Shown: one piece after another, positions 7,747 through 13,743 of the stretch
How positions within the stretch are numbered: position 1 is the stretch's first letter
Layout of the letters: every line of letters starts with the position of its first letter
Assembly (NCBI GenBank): GCA_045639705.1
Contig: JAZUDP010000156.1
Coordinates: forward strand, 1-30,415
Reading direction: 5' to 3'
DNA length: 30,415 nucleotides
Origin: Acutalibacteraceae bacterium
GTDB taxonomy: Bacteria > Bacillota > Clostridia > Oscillospirales > Acutalibacteraceae
The notes under the pieces: model-generated
Database searches by the model: none
What the model was told of the DNA's origin: nothing
Seen by the model: the letters and a program-made list of their open reading frames with translations, nothing else
Position numbers and translations under genes: made by a program

Positions 7747-9549
7747 TTAACGTCTTTTGAAACGGAACAGCTCAAAGAACTGTGCAAGAATCAATCTTAA
7801 TGTCTTGAATGTTTCTGCAATAGTCTGAGTTACATCGGGAACCGAAATTTTAATCCGAACGCTTATACTGTCTCCGTCCGCAGTTATTTCACACTCTTTC
7901 TGCACGCCGTTGACCTGTACCGTCAATTCTTCTGAATAATATCCCGATATTTTTATTTCCGCAAAGTATTCGTTTAATCCGCCGATTTCGTTGACGCTTT
8001 CTTTCAGGCTTTCGTCCTTAAAAAGGGAAATCTCAGCCGGAACAGTAAGCACCGAGCCGTCGTCAAATGTCAGTATTGTACTCTTAACCGCCCCGTTTTC
8101 ATCAGTCAGAATGTTCAGCCCGTTAACGCAGGCAGAGCCGATACCCTGTCCGGCAATTTTCAGCCGTCCTCTGCCGCCGTCCCAGCTTCCGTCAAATTCA
8201 ATCATTGTTTTAAATGTGCCGTCACTGTTTTTAAGACGCTTATAATCTGCAGCTACGGCTTCTTCTATCGTACTGTCTCTTTCAAAAGGCTCATAAAAAT
8301 CTTCATTCTCATACAAATAGCTGTCAAAGCCGTCTATTCTGCTGATTACCGTATCCTTTGTAAATCTGTAACCGTCAGCAGGAATTATATAAAAGCAGTT
8401 GTTAATACTGTTTTTCCTTACGATATGCTCTGTTGACGAAGTACCGAGACAGTATTCACTGTTGTTTTCAACTGAAATCTGAATATTCTGCACATCTTCG
8501 TTCCAGTTTTCATCCTTGACTGCCGATTTAACCGTCATTCTGTTAAGGGGCAAAAGTGAAAAATAGCAATAAACCGTATCGGGCGAGACTGAAATATTTT
8601 CACCTGTTACTTTTAATCTGCCGCTTAACACGGGGCGGTCAAAAAGTATAAGATTACAGCCGTTTTTCAGTGCGGCCTTACCGCTGAACGCAGTCGTTTT
8701 TCCGACTTTAACGGTTATTTCTTCAACCGAAGAAGAAAACGCCCTCACGTTTATACCGTAAATAAAGCCTACATGCCTTAAAAGCTGATTTCCCTTAAGC
8801 GTCAGATTAATGCCGTTAACACGGCTGACCTCAAGCGCCGCCGCATAAATAAGCGGCGCAGAATATGAAAGATAAAAATATCCTCCGTCTCCGAAATCTG
8901 TTCCGCTGCTGTTTTTGCATATCCACGCGCCGTTTTTCTTGCCGAGGCTTTTTCCGTTTTCACCCTTGTTGAAATTATTACGGTTATAATTATCGTCCCA
9001 GCCGACAATAGAAATCGCGTGATACTTATCACTGTTTCCTCCGCTGTAGGCAAAGCTGTGCGCTGCTTCGCTGTAATATCTTGAATCAGTCAGTCCGTCC
9101 TCATCAGGAACTGCAATTGCTGCAACAATCGCACCGTTTTCGCTGATTTTTTCTTTCAGATATCTGTCGCCTCTGCCCGAAAGAAATTCAACAGAGGTAA
9201 TCGCATATCCGTTTCCGATATTACAGCCGATGCTTTTGTAAAGCACATCTCCGAAGTTATGTATATCGGGATTTCCCGCCTCTTCTGCAAGACTTTCTTC
9301 GTTAAAATCAGCCTCACTGTCAGATGCATCGAAGTATTTTTTTGCATAGCTGCCCGCCGTTGAAAGTATTGAATAATAAAGACAGCTGTCCTCAATTTCC
9401 GCCTTCTCCACCGGCGGAGCATAATCCGCGTTGCTGAACTCTGAGGAATAAGAGCAATCCTGGGCAGGAACAGCCGCCGAACTGATAACGCATCCAAACA
9501 GCAAAGAAATAACACAGATTACCGAAATAACCGCTTTAAGCTTTTTCAT
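7747..9549 (-). CDS. Secreted papain-like (peptidase C1-like) protein with a ~350-aa C-terminal beta-rich extension and an amphipathic basic tail
   Basis: The signal peptide is MKKLKAVISVICVISLLFGCVISSAA. C1 motifs are present: YHAISIVGWDD (His), NGAWICKNSSGTDFGDGGYFYLSY (Asn block), and candidate Cys in EDSCLYYS. Start: the ATG at 9549 has better RBS spacing (GGAGAATGAAT) than the ATG at 9555. The 9555 ATG overlaps the upstream TGA as ATGA. Confidence 0.7.
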   Translation of the reverse strand: MKKLKAVISVICVISLLFGCVISSAAVPAQDCSYSSEFSNADYAPPVEKAEIEDSCLYYSILSTAGSYAKKYFDASDSEADFNEESLAEEAGNPDIHNFGDVLYKSIGCNIGNGYAITSVEFLSGRGDRYLKEKISENGAIVAAIAVPDEDGLTDSRYYSEAAHSFAYSGGNSDKYHAISIVGWDDNYNRNNFNKGENGKSLGKKNGAWICKNSSGTDFGDGGYFYLSYSAPLIYAAALEVSRVNGINLTLKGNQLLRHVGFIYGINVRAFSSSVEEITVKVGKTTAFSGKAALKNGCNLILFDRPVLSGRLKVTGENISVSPDTVYCYFSLLPLNRMTVKSAVKDENWNEDVQNIQISVENNSEYCLGTSSTEHIVRKNSINNCFYIIPADGYRFTKDTVISRIDGFDSYLYENEDFYEPFERDSTIEEAVAADYKRLKNSDGTFKTMIEFDGSWDGGRGRLKIAGQGIGSACVNGLNILTDENGAVKSTILTFDDGSVLTVPAEISLFKDESLKESVNEIGGLNEYFAEIKISGYYSEELTVQVNGVQKECEITADGDSISVRIKISVPDVTQTIAETFKTLRLILAQFFELFRFKRR

Positions 9550-9551
9550 AT

Positions 9552-11378
9552 TCATTCTCCAATTCTTTCAATAAAATCTGAAAGTGCCGTAATCATTTTT
9601 TCAATATACTCAAATATCAAGTCGTTGTGGAAATCGTATTCAAGTATTTCTTTTATGACAGGTATCTCTTTTCCTTTTTCTTCAAGTCCGTCAATTTTAT
9701 CAGTATCCGTCAGCCGGGCCTGAATATTGTCGATTACATCGTTCTGCCATGCAACCCATCTGTCAAATGCAGAAATATTTTCATCTGCCCTGCCGTCCTC
9801 GGAGGAATACAGATGAACAACAAAAACCAGCTTTTTGCTCTCGGGATTTTCAGCAACACCGATACCTATTTTTTCAAAATCTCCGCTGATTTTTTCATCC
9901 TTAAGTATTGAGGCTGCAGCAGTTTCGTACGACGAATAATCAACCCTTCTTATTTCATCTCTTGAGCCGGTCGAATAGCCGTTGTGTTCAAACAGAGCCG
10001 TATAGTCCGTTCCGTCAGGTCTTATTGCCGTATCTCTTTCCGTCCATGCGATTTCTTCAGCTCTTACGTTTGCCTGCTCAGTCAGGATATCGTCAAGCAC
10101 AAGAGCTTTCTTGTTTTCGGAAGCTCTTTTTTCATTTATTTCTGCAAGTGAATCGTTGATATATGCAATATATTTACTTTGGTTTTCTTTTGCCGCCGGC
10201 AGCAGTTCCTCATAGCTTGCTTTAAAATTTTTTCTGTTCAGAACAGGTCTGCCCGAATATACATCGCCGTTTCTGTTTGCATAACGCTGAATAGTGTATT
10301 CCACTCCGTATTTAAGCTTTCCTTTTTCAAAATAAGTATCGGCAAGCTTATTCTCTGCAACCGTGTATGCCTCTGTCGGCTTTTCCGTAATCGCTTCGGT
10401 AACAGACTCAATATATGTCGGTTCGGTATATTCCTCTGCAACGGCAGTTGTCGGTTCTTCTGTCTGACGGTTCTTTAATGCCCGGGTTCCTGCGATACCT
10501 CCGCCTGCAATAACGCCTGCGATAACAACGCATGCGATGATTTTTGCGGCAATGCCCGTGCCTGCTGCGGCCGTACCTGCGGCAGCAAGGCCCGAAGCTG
10601 CATAAGGAGCAACGGAAGTTGAAGCGGCGGAGGTTTTGAGTACCCAGCCGATAAGCGTTGCAGGTGTAACACCAAGAAGCTTACCGTGCTTTGCCTCGTA
10701 AGCGGAAACCGCTTTGGTAATATCCTTTTTAGCCTGAACAAGTCGGCTCTTGATTGTGTTTTCACTTACACCGACAGACTCTGAAATCTCCCTTGTGGTC
10801 ATGTTGTTGTAATAGTAGAGGATGACAGCGGCTTTCTTTTCCTCGCTGAGATTCTCAATCATGTCCATAACGGTTCTGCACAGTTCTTCCTTTTCAAGGT
10901 CGGATTCGGGCAGAAAGCTTTCATAATCCTCAGAGGTCGCCTCGTCAATATATGCCTGCTTTTTTGATTCTCCGATGCTCATGCCGTCATCGCTGTTATG
11001 GTCGGAATAATCGTCACTGTAATCTCCGAATTCCTTTGCCCACTCGTCGTCAAGATTTGAATAATCTTCTTCCTGAGTTTTTTCATAGAATCGGGGATTA
11101 TTCTTTCTTATTACGGATTTAGCCTGATTGGCAACAATCATGTTGAACCAGCTCATAAAGGTTGTCGGATCTTTAAGCGTGCCGATTTTATCCATAACCT
11201 TTATGTAACAATCCTGCATGACATCGTCAGCATCGGATTCATTATTGTTAAGTATTTTTAAAGCGGTGAATTTTGCCGTGCGGTAAGTCATGTTGTAAAT
11301 CTGTTCAAACGCGCTGCCGTCACCGTTCTGATACTTTACAACCAGTTTGCTAAGCTCGTTATAATCAATTTCAGCCAT
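9552..11378 (-). CDS. ECF-like sigma-70 family factor fused to a transmembrane segment and a C-terminal CAP/SCP (YkwD-like) domain
   Basis: Region 2 reads DDVMQDCYIKVMDKIGTLKDPTTFMSWFNMIVANQAKSVIRK. Region 4 HTH reads LSEEKKAAVILYYYNNMTTREISESVGVSENTIKSRLVQAKKDI. An ~80-aa acidic linker lies between them. An Ala/Gly-rich hydrophobic segment is IAAKIIACVVIAGVIAGGGIAG. The C-terminal part reads INEKRASENKKALVLDDILTEQANVRAEEIAW...RPDG...FEKIGIGVAE...VFVVHLY, which resembles CAP domains. Confidence 0.75.
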   Translation of the reverse strand: MAEIDYNELSKLVVKYQNGDGSAFEQIYNMTYRTAKFTALKILNNNESDADDVMQDCYIKVMDKIGTLKDPTTFMSWFNMIVANQAKSVIRKNNPRFYEKTQEEDYSNLDDEWAKEFGDYSDDYSDHNSDDGMSIGESKKQAYIDEATSEDYESFLPESDLEKEELCRTVMDMIENLSEEKKAAVILYYYNNMTTREISESVGVSENTIKSRLVQAKKDITKAVSAYEAKHGKLLGVTPATLIGWVLKTSAASTSVAPYAASGLAAAGTAAAGTGIAAKIIACVVIAGVIAGGGIAGTRALKNRQTEEPTTAVAEEYTEPTYIESVTEAITEKPTEAYTVAENKLADTYFEKGKLKYGVEYTIQRYANRNGDVYSGRPVLNRKNFKASYEELLPAAKENQSKYIAYINDSLAEINEKRASENKKALVLDDILTEQANVRAEEIAWTERDTAIRPDGTDYTALFEHNGYSTGSRDEIRRVDYSSYETAAASILKDEKISGDFEKIGIGVAENPESKKLVFVVHLYSSEDGRADENISAFDRWVAWQNDVIDNIQARLTDTDKIDGLEEKGKEIPVIKEILEYDFHNDLIFEYIEKMITALSDFIERIGE

Positions 11379-11390
11379 CCGCTCACATCC

Positions 11391-11519
11391 TTATTTCAGG
11401 CAGTTTTTCGACTTCAAATATTCCGTAAGAATATCAATAAGCATTTTCAGTTTCTCTTCCGGAGAAATCTCCATTTTTGAAGCATATTCATTCAATACCT
11501 GTCGTATTAAACTATTCAT
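11391..11519 (-). CDS. 42-aa small ORF (MNSLIRQVLNEYASKMEISPEEKLKMLIDILTEYLKSKNCLK), first gene of the sigma operon; absent from the ORF track
   Basis: Hand translation of the minus strand. RBS GAGAGGTG lies 5 nt before the ATG. The stop is 12 nt upstream of the sigma ATG. It is predicted all-helical. It shares the heptapeptide LIDILTE with the C-terminal tail of the giant LRR protein. Confidence 0.5.
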   Translation of the reverse strand: MNSLIRQVLNEYASKMEISPEEKLKMLIDILTEYLKSKNCLK

Positions 11520-11556
11520 TTTAACACCTCTCGTTCAGCCGAAAGATGCTGTTTTA

Positions 11557-11585
11557 ATAATAGCACCCTTCAACAGAAATGTAAA
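11557..11585 (-). promoter_or_regulatory. SigA-type promoter for the sORF/sigma operon (TTTACA-N17-TATTAT)
   Basis: Read on the minus strand, -35 is at 11585-11580 and -10 is at 11562-11557, about 38 nt upstream of the sORF ATG. Confidence 0.45.
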
Positions 11586-11872
11586 ATATTATATCGGCGA
11601 TTTAAAAAATTAACACAGGATATTTATAAATGATTTTTCACTGGCGGTTTTATATCCGTCGTCGGTCTGCTTGAATGCCCCGAAGTCTGTCGGATTCTGC
11701 ATTAAAAGTTCACCTCTTTGCTCCGAGAATGCTCATGTTGAATATTAACCGGCAGAACAATGTGAATTGCATTTTTGCTTGATACGCTGTTCCAAACCGA
11801 TGTTGCAGAAATGCCGCAGTTACAGAAAATCATTTCGCAAGCATTCTTTGATTTAATTTTTTGTTAACCTTA

Positions 11873-13006
11873 TTATGCCGTTTCAAACCATTCAATCAGG
11901 CCGTTATCAAAGCAAAGATTAACATTTTCTCCAAGGCTGTTTACCGTTGTGTCCGGCAAAGGAGAGTTATCCGCAATTTTACATAAGTTGTAACCGATTG
12001 TCTTTGCAAGGAAATGAGATATTCCGGGATGAGAACTGTCAGGAAGAACTACGCGATTACTGAAGACTGACCAACGGCAGTGTTCCTTCACATTTGTTTT
12101 TTCACACAGACGGTTCCAGGTTACATTCTGATTTGCGATGTAATTTATAAGCGGGTCTGTCTTTGCGGATATTATCCAGATAGGAAGATTTGATACTTTT
12201 TCAAGTTCTTTATTGGTAGGTATCTTTGTAGCACAAAGTGCAACACCTGAGGTGAAACGGTTCGGATGATTTATCATAAGCTTCCACACAACCCCGCCGC
12301 CGGCAGAGCCGCCCATAATCAGTATTTTATTCTCGTCGATATTTTCTTTGTTGTCGTTTATATACTCCTGAATAACACTGTAAACAGATTCTGACTGAGC
12401 GGACGAAAGCTTAAATTCAGAAAGTTTCGGCATAAGCAGATGAGCGCCGCCGGCTTCAAACTTTTCCTGAATTTCCGTACAGCACCAGTATGCGAGTCCG
12501 CTCTTTACAAAGGTTTTGTCGGTCCAGCCATGAAATCTGCCGTGTACATATATAACAAGCGGATACTTTGCAGTATCGTTTTCGTCAGCAACAGGTGAAT
12601 AATATGCATATTTCATTCCGCAGCCGGACTTTTTAATTGTAAACTGTTCAAGAAGTTTGTTGTAGCCGTTATTTATGCTGAATGTTTCTTTTTTTATTAT
12701 GACGGGCTGCTCCGGTTCATCAGGCTGCACCGGCTCATCAGGCTGCTCCGGTTCATCAGGCTGCACCGGCTCATCAGGCTGCTCCGGCTCGTCAGGCTGC
12801 TCCGGCTCGTCAGGCTGCTCCGGCTCGTCAGGCTGTACCGGTTCGTCAGGCTGTTTTTCAGGGTCTTCTGTCGTATTCTCTGTTTCTTCTTCAGTGAGAG
12901 TTGTTTCTGTCGGGTTTTCTGCATCCTCTGCATATGCCGGAAATGTTGTGTTCGCCATTGTAAAAACACAAATGATTGCAAGCAGAATTGATAAGATTTT
13001 TTTCAT
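11873..13006 (-). CDS. Secreted alpha/beta-hydrolase esterase (CE1/PHB-depolymerase-like) with an N-terminal acidic Pro-rich repeat linker
   Basis: The start was trimmed to the ATG at 13006 (RBS AGGAG, signal peptide MKKILSILLAIICVFTMANTTFPAYA). The ORF-track N-terminal extension runs through the promoter and terminators. Motifs seen: nucleophile elbow IMGGSAGGG, YPLVIYVHGRFHGW, SAKTDPL, and a late His in SSHPGISHF. Confidence 0.8.
   Translation of the reverse strand: MKKILSILLAIICVFTMANTTFPAYAEDAENPTETTLTEEETENTTEDPEKQPDEPVQPDEPEQPDEPEQPDEPEQPDEPVQPDEPEQPDEPVQPDEPEQPVIIKKETFSINNGYNKLLEQFTIKKSGCGMKYAYYSPVADENDTAKYPLVIYVHGRFHGWTDKTFVKSGLAYWCCTEIQEKFEAGGAHLLMPKLSEFKLSSAQSESVYSVIQEYINDNKENIDENKILIMGGSAGGGVVWKLMINHPNRFTSGVALCATKIPTNKELEKVSNLPIWIISAKTDPLINYIANQNVTWNRLCEKTNVKEHCRWSVFSNRVVLPDSSHPGISHFLAKTIGYNLCKIADNSPLPDTTVNSLGENVNLCFDNGLIEWFETA
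12704..12853 (-). repeat. 18-bp in-frame tandem repeat encoding (QPDEP[E/V]) x8
   Basis: Directly visible CCGG[C/T]TC[A/G]TCAGGCTG[C/T][A/T]C periodicity. It translates to QPDEPVQPDEPEQPDEPE... within the esterase. Confidence 0.9.
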
Positions 13007-13062
13007 AATAATTACTCCTGTTTTTGTTTGTTTTTTAAAGCGTCTCTTCGTGCTTTCACCTA

Positions 13063-13092
13063 TAAGATGCAGAAGGAACTGAAATAGTTTGA
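13063..13092 (-). promoter_or_regulatory. ECF-type promoter motif, copy 3: TCAAAC-N17-CATCTTA, 57 nt upstream of the esterase ATG
   Basis: The minus strand reads ATATCAAACTATTTCAGTTCCTTCTGCATCTTATAGG. TCAAACTATTT is identical to copies 1 and 2, the spacing is the same 17 nt, and TGC[A]TCTTA differs by one base. A T/A-rich tract lies upstream. Confidence 0.55.
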
Positions 13093-13110
13093 TATTTTTA
13101 AAAAAATTAT

Positions 13111-13145
13111 AAAAAAAATTAGAGCAGAGGTTGCAGCCTCTGCTC
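13111..13145 (-). terminator. Rho-independent terminator (GAGCAGAGG-ctgcaa-CCTCTGCTC + T8) on the minus strand
   Basis: A 9-bp GC-rich stem is followed by TAATTTTTTTT on the minus strand, immediately upstream of the esterase promoter. Confidence 0.7.
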
Positions 13146-13156
13146 ACAGTCTGTAG

Positions 13157-13195
13157 AAAAGCCCTAAACCTCAAGCGAGGTTTAGGGCTTTGGTG
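13157..13195. terminator. Second strong hairpin (GCCCTAAACCTC-aagc-GAGGTTTAGGGC), T-rich on both sides
   Basis: A perfect 12-bp stem. It is followed by TTTTCTAC on the minus strand and TTTGGTGTT on the plus strand. Confidence 0.65.
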
Positions 13196-13365
13196 TTATT
13201 ATGAAAGATAAAACAATAAAAAGGGTTCTAAGGAGAGGAGTTTAACCTTAATTACTCAGTAGTAATATCTCGCATCACATTTTAACCGTAGCTGATAATT
13301 AGACCTTGTGGTTAGAAGCATTTTTCTACTGAAAGATTGGTGAAAATTCATATATGAAATATTTA

Positions 13366-13404
13366 ATATAAAAAAACTCCACCGAGTCGCAATTGACTCG
13401 GTGG
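13366..13404 (-). terminator. Terminator of the 48-aa gene (CCACCGAGTC-aattgc-GACTCGGTGG + AGTTTTTTT)
   Basis: A 10-bp perfect stem begins 8 nt after the stop at 13412 and is followed by a U-tract on the minus strand. Confidence 0.8.
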
Positions 13405-13411
13405 ATAAAAC

Positions 13412-13558
13412 TTATTTAGCAGACTCTTTCTGCTCTTCTGCTGCTTTTTTCTCTTCGCGGTCTTTGAAAAACTCAGGAGCATATTTTATGAATAATGTTG
13501 CAAGTGCATCCTGCTGTCCCATAATTTCGCCTGGAGCTTTTTCTGCGTCAATAGCCAT
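13412..13558 (-). CDS. 48-aa hypothetical small protein (MAIDAEKAPGEIMGQQDALATLFIKYAPEFFKDREEKKAAEEQKESAK); absent from the ORF track
   Basis: Hand translation. RBS AGAAGGGTG lies 5 nt before the ATG. It has its own terminator and a plausible promoter (TTTACG-N16-TATTGT). No family is recognised. Confidence 0.5.
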   Translation of the reverse strand: MAIDAEKAPGEIMGQQDALATLFIKYAPEFFKDREEKKAAEEQKESAK

Positions 13559-13689
13559 TTTTTCACCCTTCTTTCTAAAATATTGTCAAAAACAATATGA
13601 AAGATAAGAATTCCGTAAATTTTCATGGCTGTTAAGAAAAAATTTTTAAAAAATGCACGTTGCCAAAAACGAAATAAAATTCAGTGCTA

Positions 13690-13719
13690 TTGACTTTGAG
13701 AGAAATAACAGTATATAAT
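13690..13719 (+). promoter_or_regulatory. SigA-type promoter for the MNT/HEPN pair (TTGACT-N18-TATAAT)
   Basis: The hexamers are seen directly. RBS AGAGGTGAG and the ATG at 13744 follow. Confidence 0.5.
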
Positions 13720-13743
13720 ATAACAAAGAGGTGAGATGTCGAT

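Noticed and set aside
9987-10016. Plus-strand TTCAAAC ... CCGTC inside the sigma gene
   Set aside because: The spacing is 19 nt rather than 17. It is antisense within a CDS and has no flanking motif conservation.
11792-11823. Plus-strand CCAAAC-N17-CGCAGTTA resembling the ECF-type motif
   Set aside because: It lacks the TATTT and TGCGTCTTA blocks. It points into the 3' end of the convergent esterase gene, so it is most likely chance.
12704-12853. Possible CRISPR-like or minisatellite array
   Set aside because: The units are contiguous with no spacers, are 18 bp long, and are in frame within a CDS, so this is a coding tandem repeat.
12675-13082. Plus-strand ORF encoding GCSGSSGC repeats, and the alternative-frame minus ORF 12697..12981
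   Set aside because: They are artefacts of the 18-bp tandem repeat being open in several frames. The esterase frame is the only one with a signal peptide, an RBS and a catalytic domain.
13007-13174. ORF-track N-terminal extensions (esterase to 13174, xylanase to 17446, PHP from 19270, histidine phosphatase from 20321, PNPOx to 22634, GtrA-like to 23118)
   Set aside because: The extensions run through promoters, terminators or the upstream gene and lack RBSs. Internal starts have AGGAGG-type RBSs and begin with signal peptides or the conserved domain.
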